From the human T2T-CHM13v2.0 reference genome, Homo sapiens, in contig CP068257.2 in assembly GCA_009914755.4 (NCBI GenBank), positions 19,744,001 through 19,808,000 on the forward strand: a stretch of 64,000 bases of DNA. The letters run 5' to 3'. The notes beneath the pieces are model-generated. The model was not told the DNA's origin and made no database searches. It worked only from the letters and a program-made list of their open reading frames with translations. Made by a program: the position numbers and the translations under genes. Each line of letters starts with the position of its first letter. Position 1 is the stretch's first letter. This document shows positions 26,831 through 41,388 of this stretch, in pieces.

Positions 26831-29575
26831 TTACAGAAGTGAAAGTAAAGTTGCTTTTTTACAAAAGCAACTTTACAATAGTAAAGCCTACATAATTATT
26901 TGAAATTAAAACTCTAAGGGTTTTTATTTTCATTTTTAAAAATTTAAAGAGACTCCACATGTAGTAACGCATTTTACATTTTTAAAGCCATACATATGGC
27001 TTTCCAAAAGTTTGTAACTTTACCGGGACTGAAAAACATCAAAATTAGAATACACTATTGAGGAAAGTACAGTATAACAAATATATTATTATTATACTTA
27101 CTATTTTTAGACTATCAAGATATTTTTGCAGTCATGTTTAGTATTTTTGTTATTTATTTATGGTATAATTACTAACAAGACTCTTTTAGTTTTTATGTTT
27201 CAGAATATTGATTTAATAGAGGCTGAATATTCTCAATGAAAAAAATGTGAAAAAAGCATACACAATATGCCTACTGCCAAACACGTTAGTATTAACAATG
27301 ATGGGAGCATTGTAATATATTTTAACCTCTTAATGCCTCAGCAGAGACTTGGGAAGAGGTAACAACCTAATTTCTTCATAAATGTCCTAATTGAAAGTTG
27401 ATTATAGAACCTAACTTTGGCGAGGTCCAGATGCATATTCCTGATGTAAAATTATACAGTAAAAGTATTTTAAAATAAAAAGTATAATTTAAAAAGTGTC
27501 TTTAAAATCAATTATTATATTTGAAGACGTTGGTAAGTATACTTATTTGGGTATTCTTTCTTGAGATGTCAAATGACATTTTCCATTATTTTAGGCAAAT
27601 ATGTTTTAATGCAGAAGTTTACTTGTTATGATCAAGGGCAAAAGTTCTATGAATCAATTTATTTGTAATTTCTTAATCACAACTGTGCTAGGGAGTACAA
27701 TTTTGAAATTCACCTTTGAAATCCAAATCTTGTCTGTAAACAATATTGCAACAAATTTTCTACACTAGTTTAACAATATTTCTTATTAATTCAAAATGGA
27801 AGGCATTTTAACATTTCTAAACTACAATCTAGGGAATCTTCTTTGACTTTCTGATAATGAAGCAAGTGATTAACTTACCTGCCCATTCATAATTTTAAAT
27901 TAACTGTAGCTTTTTATTTTAACTCTCATATTTCAAATATACAAATTTTACCAAAAGTAACCCACTATCTCTTATTACTGATGCATCTGCTTCACATCTG
28001 TCTCTCTCATTCTCTCTTTAAGAAAGGGAATCAAGCTTTCTTTTTAAACACCTTCTTGGGGTTACCCTCATTCGTCAAACAGAAATTATTCCGAGACCTG
28101 TTAAAAACTGTAAGGAAGACTAGTCATTATTACTAACACAATAGTGCTCAAGACTATTGCAATAGAAGAGAGAGATTGAGCTCAAAGCCAAATACAAGGA
28201 CAAGTTGGAATGTACAGCCAATGAGTAGAGTGAGAGATGGCAGTGGATGAAAAGTTATTAAGAGGGACCTGGTAAACTTCAGAGGTAATGACTTTCTTGG
28301 TAACCTGGCCTAACAGGGTCCTTGCTAAAGACAGGCCAAAGACTTAGACCACAATTGTGTTGAATGAAGAACTTGGTCAGATAGCAAGAGTGATCAGAAA
28401 TCAAGGGTGCGGGAACTCTTATAAATGGATTTGGCAGGATTCTTTGCTACTGGCAAGCCAGGGACAGTGCCAAGGTCAAGGCCTAGTTGAAAAGTGGGCT
28501 AAGAAGAACCTGACTAAAGTTTGATCAAAGAGGGTGTCTGTGTCACTTTCTTGATTGTCACTGGCACTGGAGGCTTTCAGAAAGGAGATCTTTTTCTCCA
28601 CCTCCAGTGAATGACATACTTCCATCTTTTCACTATTCAAATTTATCTTAACTTTTTTCTACTCTGCTCAGATAAAAATTAATTCTTCCAATAAAGTCAC
28701 TTCTTTTCATTATAATTTGTAGAATCATATTTTGATTTGGACTTTGATAAGATTGATGGACACATAACTCCTTAAGATATGCTTCCATAACTTCATATTT
28801 CATGTAGTCAGGAATTAATTGGGCACAAATCCTAAGCCAAAAAAATGCAAGTTCAAGATAAAAATGTTTCCATGCCTATTGCCTTTTTTCTTTCATATAT
28901 ATGTGAAAGAATATAGCATAGGCAAAAGTATCTTTCCACTTCTGCTTATGCTATATTCTTTTCTCCTTTTTCCCCTGTATGTGTTTCTCTAACCACCAGT
29001 GTTTATTTCCTCTGTACATTTGAAACCTTTCATGATGTAAAGGGCCTTCCTGATTTTGAAAATGACTATTTTTGGTACACCAACATGACATATGGCTACA
29101 TTCTTCAGCCACTTCAGATGGTGCTATGCAAGAGTCACATCCCTCATACCACAGTGGCCCAGTACCAAGTTGTTAATTGCATTGACATGCTAATCTTGTG
29201 CCAGTGAATATCGCTGCCTTGCTACTGTATTGATATTTACAAAGCATATCCTGTATAGACATTTAGTTTCTGTTTTATTATAGACCGGCGTTATCAATAT
29301 TTTCTTGCTTGATACCACAAATACATTTTTTAATGTGGCTTTCAGTATAGCATGTATTGCCTGTAGCAAGTATTGCATTCAACACTGATAATTCTGAGTA
29401 AAATTCACACTGAGATCATCAGGCAAGCAATTAGTGGCAATTGCTTTCTGTTATGGAAAACAACAAATCTTACCCTCAGTATATAGTTAAATTACACTAT
29501 TAAAATACACTACATGCAGATGCCACATTGTGGACAGAGTGTGACTGCAAGTCAGCTATTAATGTTTCCATTAGG

Positions 29576-29840
29576 ATGTATGAATTTCTTATTGGATTGA
29601 GTTTATTTGTAACTATATTTTCCTTAAACCTCTCCGTGAAATAGTATAATGTTAAATAAGTTATATTTTACATACCTTAACAGTTGTAAATAAATTTAAA
29701 GATATAGATATAGACGTATGAATTTCTTGTTGGATTGAGTTTATTTGTAATTATATTTTCCTTAATCCTCTCCAAGAAATAGTATAATGCTAAATAAATT
29801 ATTTTACATACCTTAAGGGTTGTAAATAAAGATATAGACG
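29576..29840. repeat. Tandem duplication of an about 135 bp unit (2 copies, about 90% identical)
   Basis: Copy 1 is atgtatgaatttcttattggattgagtttatttgtaactatattttccttaaacctctccgtgaaatagtataatgttaaataagttatattttacataccttaacagttgtaaataaatttaaagatatagatatagac. Copy 2 is gtatgaatttcttgttggattgagtttatttgtaattatattttccttaatcctctccaagaaatagtataatgctaaataaattattttacataccttaagggttgtaaataaagatatagac. Confidence 0.8.
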
Positions 29841-31815
29841 TAAACTTAGTTTTTGACTTTGAATATCAAGAAATTTGGCTTCTCTTATAGTTGTTCCTTT
29901 AATCAGTTGTGTGTTCTTAGATTCTTCATGTCCCTGGCTTTTTCAATTTAGTTGAACTGTTGAATTAAAATTTATTTGACTATTTAATTTCCAGTCAATT
30001 CAATGTACAGTTTAAAAAACACTGTGTAAGCCATTAGATAAATAATTGTGACTGAGATACATTCTGACCCCCAAATGGACATCATTTGGTGTAGAAACGA
30101 TCAAATAGATGCTTCCATTGCCTAATGACCATGATGAGGGAAATCACAGAATGCTGTGGGTGCACAATTTAGGCCACCTCATCTAGAACTGAAGAGTGTG
30201 GAAAGGCTGTGTTTAGAAAGTGAGGAGCTTACTTTTGAACTCAGTCAGTTGAAGGGAAGGGCAGGTATATGCCGAGCTAATGGAAAGCCATAGGCAAATG
30301 TATCTGTGTAATATTTAGCACACCTAAGTACAAAGATGTACCACCATTTATGGGATGTTAAGTTGTTTTCAGTTTTTGTTATTAAAATAATAGTGCATTA
30401 AAAGTCCTTTAAATAAACTTTTATAATATTTATAATTATTTTCTCTGGATACATACTGGATTGCAGAATCAAGATTATAAAGCTGTTTTATCTTCCTGAG
30501 AATTGTTTCAATTATATTCCCTTTAATAATAGATGATAGGATTCACAGCACCAAAATGTTTCAAACCCTGAAAATTATAATTTTATTTCTGTATTTGATT
30601 GGGCATATAATAGACGTTGGTTAAAATAGCCCTATATTGATATCTGAGCCCTAAAACTTATTGTGGGAATGAGCTTGGCATCTCTTAACTCAGATCCCTT
30701 TTCCATAGAACAGAGATTATTCCTTCCTTACAAGGTTATTAAAAATATTAAATATAATAAAGTATATAAACAACTTACCTTCATATAGAAATGATTCAGT
30801 AAGCATTTCAGACTTGTATGTGAGATTGTCATTAAAAACATTCATTAAAGTAAAATAGGACAAGGACTTCTAAATGATTACTTCTGCATTTGTACTACAG
30901 ATAAGTTACATATCTGATATTTATATAATTAGTAGATATAACAAAACTGGATATTGCTTTTTTAAGTAGTTTGCAGTAATAAAATATTTAAAAGTTAAAT
31001 GACTTAAATTGATATTTTTTGATGTGATATTAAGTTCTAAGTAGTTAATATTAGTAACAATAATCAGCATAAATATGAGCAAAATTTTAGCTACAGCTTA
31101 CTTGAGAATTATGCTTTCATGTAAAAATAATTATAAAATCTTCTCAAATAATTATGCAGGCAGGAAATTGAGAGGTTACAATATTTGGCATTTGATTTAG
31201 ATCGTAGTCCTGGGGTGGAGGAAGAGTGAAAACAACATTTGTATGTTTTCACATTTAGATTTTTAAATAAAATTATACATTGTTTTCTCTTAACTTCTGT
31301 GATAGAGATCTAGAATACAGACCTGAAAAAATTGATAGGGAATCGTAAGAATAGGAACTGGTTACTTTTCAAATTAATTATTGTTGATTAATTTATGACA
31401 TCTGTGGTTTAGTAAAAATGGGAAATATGGATACTTTAGGGAAAAAATGTTTAGTTATGTTGTTGCCATTCCAACTTAGATTTCATACCTGAGTCTTCAA
31501 AATAATTTATAGAAAAAGTGACTATGACTTAAACGAAATAAAAAGTGAGGAAAGAACCATTTATTAGATTTTATCCTAAACTCTCACTTTATAGTTTGTT
31601 CCAGAAATAGTTTCTACACAAGTAGATAGTCATTAACATAGTCAATATGTATTTTTTGTCAGATTAGTAAGAGCAAATTTAACTCTGGTTCTCTTATATT
31701 TTAATAATTGGTAATTTATGAGTGTATGTTAATCCTATTAAATTATGTGATAAAAGTATTCAAATGACATATATTTTCGTGAGTTCTGATGCACTGTGTT
31801 AAATACACAAAATTA

Positions 31816-32137
31816 GGCTGGGAGCGGTGGCTCACGCCTGTAATTCCAGCACTTTGGGAGTCTGAGGCGGGCGGATCTCGAGGTCAGGAGATCGAGAATC
31901 ACGAGGTCAGGAGATCGAGACCATCCTGGCTAACACAGTGAAACCCCGTCTCTACTAAAAATACAAAAGATTAGCCTGGCTTGGTGGCGGGCACCTGTAG
32001 TCCCAGCTACTCAGAAGGCTGAAGCAGGAGAATGGCATCAACCCAGGAGGCGGAGCTTGCAGTGAGCGGAGATTGCACCACTGCACTCCAGCCTGGGCGA
32101 CAGGGCGAGACTCCGTCTCAAAAAGAAAAAAAAAAAA
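31816..32137 (+). mobile_element. AluY/S-like element (sense) with a 16-17 bp TSD; contains an internal about 22 bp tandem duplication
   Basis: ggctgggagcggtggctcacgcctgtaattccagcactttgggag…ctcgaggtcaggagatcgagaatcacgaggtcaggagatcgagaccatcctggctaacacagtgaaaccccgtctc…gcctgggcgacagggcgagactccgtctcaaaaagaaaaaaaaaaaa. The TSD is aaatacacAaaattag (31800-31815) and atacacGaaattag (32138-32151). Its 3' end lies about 125 bp upstream of the exon 9 acceptor. Confidence 0.95.
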
Positions 32138-32260
32138 TACACGAAATTAGAATTATGTGGCTTCTTTTTATACAGTAGAAATAACTAATGCTTATACTAC
32201 TTAAATGATTATTTAACTTAAAGAAAATGCCTATAATTATTTTATTATATTGTATTACAG

Positions 32261-32448
32261 ATGCCCCCAAGTTTATATCAAACCAAACAATTTATTACTC
32301 TTGGGAAGGAAATCCTATCAATATAAGTTGTGATGTGAAATCGAATCCACCAGCATCAATTCACTGGAGAAGAGATAAATTAGTCTTACCTGCTAAAAAC
32401 ACGACCAATTTAAAGACTTATAGTACAGGAAGAAAGATGATATTAGAG
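32261..32448 (+). CDS. NCAM2: Coding exon (188 nt), N-terminal half of immunoglobulin-like domain 5 of NCAM2; probably exon 9
   Basis: Acceptor ttattatattgtattacAG|AT with a polypyrimidine tract; donor GAG|GTAAGT at 32449. The open frame is part of ORF 32227..32547. Translation is (Y)[62 protein letters not shown]. It carries the Ig fold hallmarks (the W and the first Cys of the pair) and is paralogous to NCAM1 YAPKLQGPVAVYTWEGNQVNITCEV.... The first codon is split (xAT, Tyr by homology) and the exon ends on a complete codon. Confidence 0.9.
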
Positions 32449-32713
32449 GTAAGTCCACATGTATACATCAATAAATTGTATTATTTTAACAACTATCTAC
32501 TATTTCAGAATATATTTAAATATCTTCATATGCATATATATATATAATAAGAGAGAGAAATCATGGTGTATATATTTTACAGTTATTTACTTAAAGGTCC
32601 ATGGCTCATTAATGATGAGTGTATGAATGTCTATTCACTTATATAGCAATGTGGCTATATAGCAAAGACCATTATTTTTATAAATGCACTTTTAGGAATA
32701 AAAACAATTATAT

Positions 32714-33378
<665 letters not shown>

Positions 33379-34189
33379 TCTTCAATGTTGATGTTTTCAT
33401 TGATTCCATGTGGTATAGCTTTTTTTTCTTTTCAGTCTGGCAGGTATAAATGCTATCTGTTGGCTAGATTTTTACAATTCTAGTGTAAATTCCAAAATAA
33501 ATGAAATTTACTTGTTCAGTATCTTTTGTTTTATTACTAAAAATAAGATTTTGTATAATTATTTTTATATTGCCAAGTAATTGGCCTTTAAATACTGTCT
33601 GAATAAAGTGCCTCTTATTTATTAATTGGAGTGTATGTGTGTATCAATTTCCGAAACATAAAAAAATCTATGAAAATGATCATCACCCTTTCCAAATTAT
33701 GATGCGGTTAGGAAAATTGGGAATCTTTTTCACACAGCCTTATTTGCTGAAAGGTTGCTACATTTTATTCACTAATTCAGTTTGCATAAGCTAAAATGAA
33801 ATGCACGTTTTAGAATACCGTCTAATATCCATACTGCCTTAACTTAAAATGTCCTCATTGATGCCATTTAGACTTAAAAAAAATTCGTTTGATAGGAGGA
33901 TTTAGCCATCATGTCTGCAAATACTTGCATAGCTGGCTGGTTGGTAATTAAACCGCTATGTCTAAATCAATTTCAATATAAATAAGTTTCTTTGGAAATA
34001 TTTTAGAAGAATTAGCTATTTGTGACTTGACAGGGATGTCAATTTCATAAAAACATCTGGACAGTTTTAATCTAAATTTTATGTGTTTTACCTTAGTGAA
34101 AAGCTCAGGTTAGATTTAACTTGTTTTGTGTAGTGTGTAGTCTCCTTGAATACTTTAATAAAATACTATAGACAGGATGGTTGAAATCA

Positions 34190-34520
34190 CAGAAATTTGT
34201 TCTGAGTTCTGGAGGATAGAGGTTCAATATCATGGTGCCTGCCAGGTTGCTTTCTATAGAGGACTCTTCCCTGGACTTGTACTTGGCCGCCTTCTTGCTG
34301 TGTCCTCACATGCCCTTTCCTCTGTGCGCACACAGAGTTCTGGTGTCTTCCTTTTCTTGTAAGGATACCAGTCCTGTTGGATTAGGTCCCACTCTTATTA
34401 CCTCGTTTAACCTTAATTACCTTCTTAAAGATCCTATCTCCAAATTCATTCACACCGGAATTTAGGGTTTCAGTATATGAATGGGCAGAGTGAGGAGGCG
34501 GGCATTTCAGTCCATAGAAA
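34190..34520 (+). mobile_element. MaLR/MLT1-type LTR fragment
   Basis: …cagaaatttgttctgagttctggaggatagaggttcaatatcatggtgcctgccaggttgctttctatagaggactcttccctggacttgtacttggccgccttcttgctgtgtcctcacatgccctttcctctgtgcgcacacag…cttgtaaggataccagtcctgttggattaggtcccactcttattacctcgtttaaccttaattaccttcttaaagatcctatctccaaattcattcacaccggaatttagggtttcagtatatgaatg. ORFs 34177..34362 and 34232..34465 are within it. Confidence 0.5.
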
Positions 34521-36560
34521 GTAGATTGAATTTCGTGAGTAAATGACAGACTAATGTGTAATTTCTGCTTTACTTCATCTTGACATTTTTTAGTTCCTCA
34601 GCCAACTCATAATTCTCTATATTTAATGTGAAGGGACATTTTATACATACAACATAGTATATAGTGTATGCTATTTAAACTTCTGCCTAAAGACATCCCT
34701 CTGCACTCCAAAATAAAATTTTAAAAAACCCACAATTTTTGCCTACTTGACACACAGCCAGGTGATCTGTTGGCTAAACCACTGACTTTAAACAGACATG
34801 TTTATGTGTATACTCTCACAAATTAAATTTAAATTCTGAATGAAAAATATAAATGTGTGATTAACACAACTTGAAAACATAGCATAACAAAATAACAATA
34901 ATATAAAGAGAAAGCAACAATGAGCATTACTAATATTTAATTATTAGTATATACAGTTGCTTGAGACAGTTACTTTTGTTTAGTAATTATTGTAAAAGTC
35001 ATATATGTGCTAATTCTTTAGAATATAAAAGGAAATATAGGAAAAGTTTACACTTAACAAGTTGTCAGTAATAAATTTATTGAATTGTTTTAAAGATTTT
35101 TTCTTTAAGTATATATATTCAAACTTTTAAAATTGTGTGTTTTAAAACATAACCAAATATTCAATAAATTATTTAAGTTACTGCCAATAAATGCCTCTGT
35201 AATCTGTAAAGGTCAAGGTCATCAAAACTTTATTTTTTTAACTGACCACATCCTGAGGAAATTACAAAACTTTTCAATATGTGGGCAAACATTGAAAGAA
35301 GGATTGGTTTTAATAGGTTTGTTAGAATAATATTGTGCTTTGCATTGTCTGTATCTTTGTTTCATATCCTAAATAGGGGTGCTTACTGTTGTGTCCATGA
35401 CTTTCTTATCATGGAATACATAGAAGAAATAAATATTTTTAGGTTTAAGAAAAAGACTAGCAAGCTTCTTGATTAATATTATACACTTAGCTTATATTTA
35501 GATATTCAAAACTATATTTGTTAGTTCACTATACTCTGTCCAAACCTAATATCATTAATTAATATCAGCATTTTTAGCTGGATACAGATATACCTTGGAG
35601 ATATTGCAGGTTTAGTTCCAAGAGCACCTCAATAAAGTAAATATCTCTATAAAGCCAGTCACACAAATTTTTGCTTTTTTCAGTGCATATAAAAGTTATG
35701 TTGGCACTATAGTCTATTAAGTGTGCAAAAGCATGATGTATAAAAGGTCTACATAACATAACTGAAAAATAATTACTAAAATTTTCTGGGAATAATTTGA
35801 GATTTAAGCAAGTTGTAACTTTTTTCATTGGTGAAGCGTTTTGTCGCAAGGTTGATGGCTGCTTACTGATCATAATGTTGATTGCTGAAGGTTGGAGTGG
35901 CTGTGGCAGTTTATTAAAATAAGGCAACAGTGAAGCACTTTGTTAATTAACACTTCCTTTCATGAAAGATCTCTGTGTAGCAGGTGATGCTATAAGGCTA
36001 ACAGCATATAATACTGTTTGTTAGGAATTACCTATAGCAGAACATCTTTCAAAAATGAAGTAAATCCTCTCAAACCCTGTCACCGCTTTATCAACTAAGT
36101 TTATGTAATATTCTAAATCTTTGGTTATCATTTCAACATTTTTCAGGCATCTTCAGCAGGAGTAAATTCTACCACCAGAAACCACTTTATTTGCTCCTCC
36201 ATGAAGAGCAATTTTCCCATCTGTTAGAGTTTTATCATCAGATTGCAGCAATTCATTCACTTCTTCAGGCTCCATTTCTAATTCTAGCTCTCTATTTCCA
36301 CCGCATCTGCAGTTACTTCCTTCACTGAAGTCTTGAACCCCTCAAAGTCATCCATGAGGGTTGGAATCAACTTCTTCCAAATTCTTATTAATGTTGATAT
36401 TTTCACTTTCTCCCATGAGTCACAAATATTCTTAATGGTGTCAGCATGGTGAATCCTTTTCAGAAGATTTTCAGTTGACTTTTCCCAGATCCGTCAGAGG
36501 AATCACTGTTTTATGGCAGCTGAAGCCTTAAATATTGTATTTCTGTTTTTTGTTGTGTGT

Positions 36561-36855
36561 TTTTTTTTTTTTTTTGAGAGGGAGTCTCGCTCTGTCGCCC
36601 AGGCTGGAGTGCAATGGCACGATCTCCACTCACTGCACCTCCGCTTCCCGGGTTCACACCATTCTCCTGCCTCACCCTCCCGAGTAGCTGGGATTACAGG
36701 TGCCTGCCACCACGCCCGGCTATTTTTTTGTATTTTTAGTTGAGACGGAGTTTCACGGTGTTAACCAGGATGGTCTCCATCTCCTGACCTCGTGATCCGC
36801 CTGCCTCGGCCTCCCAAAGTGCTGGGATTACAGGCGTGAGCCACCGCGCCCGGCC
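36561..36855 (-). mobile_element. Alu (antisense) nested in Tigger1; TSD about AAATTGTATTTCT
   Basis: …taaatattgtatttctg, then tttttgttgtgtg(T)16, then gagagggagtctcgctctgtcgcccaggctggagtgcaatggcacgatctcc…gattacaggcgtgagccaccgcgcccggcc, then acaaattgtatttctta. ORF 36513..36743 is Alu-derived. Confidence 0.9.
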
Positions 36856-36876
36856 ACAAATTGTATTTCTTAAGTA

Positions 36877-37089
36877 CTAGGACTTGAAAGTTGAAATTAC
36901 TCCTTGATCCACAGGCTTCAGAATGGATGTTGGGTTAGCCAGCATGAAAACAACATTAATATCTTTGTATATGTCTATCAGAGCTCTTGGGTGACTAGGT
37001 ACATTGTCAATGAGCACGACTAGTTTGAAGGGAATCTTTTTTTTTTTTTTCTCAGCACTATATCTCAACAGTGGGCTTAAAATATTCAA
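36877..37089 (-). pseudogene. Remnant of the Tigger1 pogo-like (DDE) transposase ORF
   Basis: The minus-strand ORF translates to …[52 protein letters not shown]. This matches the conserved pogo/Tigger/CENP-B-type DDE region (…LLLDNcsaHP…INVvFLPpNTTSlLQPmDQGVI…). It is interrupted and surrounded by frameshifts, stops and two Alu insertions. Confidence 0.6.
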
Positions 37090-37415
37090 TAAACCAGGCT
37101 GTAAACAGATGTTCTGTCAACCAGGCTTAGTTTTCCCATGGATAGAACACAGGCAGAGTCGATTTAGCATAATTCTTAAAGACCCTAGGATTTTCATAAC
37201 GATAAATGAATGAACAATGGCTTGAACTTAAGTCACTAGCTGTATTGGCCCCTAACAAGAGATTCAACAGGTCCTTGGAAGTTTGAACCCTGCCCTTTAC
37301 ATCTCCTCTCTAGCTATAAAAGTCTAGATGGCATCTTCTTGCAATAGAAAACTGTTTCATCTACTTTAAATTCTATTTTTTAGTGTAGTCAATTCCATCA
37401 ATGATCTTAGCTTGA

Positions 37416-37717
<302 letters not shown>

Positions 37718-38683
37718 CCCTTAGCTTGATCTTCTGGATAACATGCTGCAGCTTCTACATCAGCACTTGCTGCTCCACCTTGTATTTTTATGTTATAAAG
37801 ATGGCTTCTTCCCTTAAGCCTCATGAACTAACCCCTGCCAGCTTCAAACTCTTCTTCTGCACCTTCCTCACCTCTGTCAGCCTTCATTGAATTGAGGCAT
37901 GTTAGATCTTTGCTCTGGCTTGGGCTTTGGCTTAAGGGAGTATTGTGGTTGGCTTTGTCTTCTATCCAGGCCAACAAAATATTTCTCCATAACATGAGTA
38001 AGGCTGTTTAGCTTTCTTATCATTTGTGAGTCCACTAGCGTAGTACTTTAGATTTTTTTCAGGAACTCTCTCTTCACATTTACCACTTGGCTGTTTGTTG
38101 CAATAGGCTTCTGTTTTAGCCTATCTTGGTTTTGTCATGCCTTCCTCACTAAGCTTCATCATGTTTAGCTTTTGATTTAATGTGGGAGATGTGTGACTCT
38201 TCCTTTAACATGAACACCTAGAGACCATTGTAGGATTATGATTTGGCCTAATTTTAATATTATTGTGTCTCACAGAATAAGGAAGCCAAAGAGGGAGAGA
38301 GATGAGGGTACGGCCAGTCAGTGGAGCAATCAGAACACACATTTATCAATTAAGTTCACTGTCTTAGGGGCACAGTTTGTGGTTCTCCAAAACAGTTACA
38401 ATAGTACCATCAAAGATTACTGATCACAGATCACCATAGCAAATTTAATAATAATGCAAAGTTTAAAATATTGAGAGAATTACCAAAAAGTCAGAGAGAC
38501 AGGACATGGGCAACTGTTGTTGAAAAAATGGTGCTGTTAGATTGCTTAATGCAGGATTGCTACAAACCTTCAATTTGTGAAAAAAAAAAAGAAAAGAAAA
38601 AAGAAAAACACTATCTTTCAAGCATGGCAAAGTAAGACACAATAAAACAGGTATGCCTATATTTAAATATGAAGAAATAGTTT

Positions 38684-38740
38684 TATCAGTAGATGTTTCT
38701 AGTAGATGTTTATCAGTGGGTGTTTATCAGTAGATGTTTC
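38684..38740. repeat. Short minisatellite, 13-14 bp unit x4 (tatcagtagatgttt-like) immediately after the Tigger1 terminus
   Basis: ttttatcagtagatgtttc tagtagatgttta tcagtgggtgttta tcagtagatgtttc. Confidence 0.5.
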
Positions 38741-40555
38741 TTGATTAATATTTTCAATGCTTTGCACATTTTAAACATTTAAATATTTTTACTTAATGGT
38801 CTATAATATACCCTCGTTATATTATCTTATATTTTCATAAAATTATATAACATTTCATTGTGCTGGGTTTAAGTGTAAAACCACTATTGGACTTTAGTTT
38901 TATGTTGCTTTCCTAGAATACATCAAATAAGCTTCAGGGTACATGATTTGGCCAGATTATATCTAGAGCATGTGTGTGGATGTGTGTGTGTGTGTCTTAA
39001 TCTATGTCGTGATGGGTGTTTTCTTTATTTATTAAGCATACAACATGATAAAAGGTTGCTTATTTAAGATGAACTTTTATCTGTTGATAGCTGAACTCCC
39101 AGGAACAACAACAAAAAAATGAATTGAGCTTTTAAGAAATTGTTCCAATGAAAATGGCTCTATTTAAATTATTAATCTTAAGGAGCTGTGTAATAGTCAC
39201 ATTTCTTTGTTGTGGCTATCCTGTCTTGGCATTATATTGATTCAATAAACACATTCTTCTCTGTTGAATTTGCAAATAACTTTCTCATATGCATGTAGAA
39301 TAAGAATTTTTTGTTAAATCTCTTTCTCATTAGAACAATTAGTTTAGAGTTAAATTAGCCTTGCTTATTAAAAGCTACACATAAGGAAAATGAATATTTT
39401 AATCACTTAGCAGTAATTATGTAAGAGCTGTTACAAATTCTAAGCTTATTCCTATGATCTGTTTCTAGATGGACAGCTGACTAGAAAACGAATGACACAG
39501 CTTTTCTGTACTCTTTCAGAATTATCATCTTCAATGGGCCTCAAAATTGCACTCTTAGTTAATAGCCTCCCATTACTACAAAATCATTTTTCCCTCTTTT
39601 GGGATAGAGTTGAAATTAACAGCAACTCTTGTAGGCATATTCTCTCTTAATAATAGTTACAGAGATTGAAAATTATATCTATTACTATCATCAAATCTCT
39701 TATCTAAATTGATACTTCAGAATTTCTGTACATTAGAATTACAGGGTTTGTCTCAGTGTTCACCAATAGAATCCCCGAAGGTTAACTTAATTATGGATTT
39801 CAAATGTATAAGGATAGAGGTCAGCTATTTTCTACCTAGAGTGAAAAAGAATGGTAGGAATTGAACAGAAATGGAAGCAAGATACTGTTATTAGATAGCG
39901 AGAAAAAGTGCCTGTCTATGAGTATTGTTGCAAAGAGTAACATTTTATTGCACAGTATGTTCCTGGAAAGATTTCATTAAGAATGATCCTTCCTCCTTCG
40001 TTAGTATTATATGTTCAATAAACTCAAAACAGGGAGAGAAATATCACATATCTGGAGACTTTGTTGAACATTAAAGCAAACTGATCTGAGGCCAAAACAT
40101 AAAAAACAGTTAACAATGCTTTTATTACAAGCTTCCTGTTTTCAAGTTTACACCTACATTGATTGCAAACTATAGATACATATATATATACGTATACATA
40201 AATATATACACATATATATTTCAAACTGTGTACTACTTTCTGAGCTTTACATATATGTAGATATAATGGTTATGCTATTTAATAGATACATCGAAGTGGT
40301 GCCATTTGTTTACTTAATGAATTAATAGATAAATTCTGATTTGCCTAGTCCTGTGGATATTACGGGCTCATGGATACATCATAAAAGGATTTATATTATT
40401 TAGTAATGCTTACTTAATAAAGAAAATTAAAAATATATGGTAAGGAGTTGTTGGGTAAAAAATGAAATGTGTGAAAGTGGTAGTCATACTGGGGTTTATT
40501 ATAAAACTTCTGTGATGTTTTAGAATTGTAACATTTGTTATTATAATTATTTCAG

Positions 40556-40652
40556 ATTGCACCTACATCTGACAATGACTTTGGACGCTATAATTGCACA
40601 GCCACTAATCATATAGGAACAAGATTTCAAGAATATATTCTTGCTTTGGCTG
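40556..40652 (+). CDS. NCAM2: Coding exon (97 nt), C-terminal half of Ig-like domain 5 of NCAM2; probably exon 10
   Basis: Acceptor ttataattatttcAG|ATT; donor CTG|GTAAGT at 40653. Translation is [32 protein letters not shown] plus 1 nt (G). It contains the conserved Ig DxGxYxC motif (second Cys). It starts in phase 0, matching the end of the previous exon, and ends in phase 1. Confidence 0.9.
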
Positions 40653-41388
40653 GTAAGTATAGCACAATAATTTTTGAGATCGCACACAATATTTCTGAGA
40701 GCAAATGAAAATTTAAGTTGATAAAGTGGTCTCATTTACATGTGGGATTTAAAACAATGGATCTCTTGGAGATATCAGGTAGACTGTGGTTACCAGGGGC
40801 TTGGTAGTATATTGGGAAGGAGGGAATGAAGAGGGGTTACTCAGGGAGCATAAAACTACAGTTGATTACAAAGAATAAGATATGCTGTTCAGTGGTACGG
40901 TAGGGCTATAATAGTTCACAATAAGTTATTGCATATTTCAAAGTAGAAGAATATATTTGGAATGCTCCAAGCACAAAGAAATGACAATTGTATGAAAGAA
41001 CAGACATGCCAGTTACTCAGATTTGATCATTATATATTGTCTGCTTATATTAAATAGTCACATGTTCCCTGTAAATATGTACAACAATTTTGCATGCATA
41101 AAAATTTTCCAAAACCTTAGACTTTAGCGTGTCTATAACAAAAATATGAACTTCCAAAAAGTGGGTGTCATGTAATTTTAAATGTTAGCAAAGAATATAT
41201 TTTACATTTTTATAGGTAACAATACAGATTGCTTTTTATAAAGAATGAATCACTTTTAAAAACTTCAAACCATTGTATCTGCTATACAGTGAGCATGTAC
41301 AATGTATTTACTCATCAGGATTGATTTTAAAACCTGATTCTAATCCCTCCAACTTAAAAGTGAGATATTTGTGAAAGAAATAGGGAAC

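Noticed and set aside
38684-38740. Possible CRISPR-like or regulatory direct repeats (13 bp x4) and other tandem repeats (29576-29840, 33241-33378)
   Set aside because: The repeats directly abut one another with no unique spacers, occur in a eukaryotic intron, and have only 2-4 copies. They are minisatellite or segmental duplications, not CRISPR arrays.
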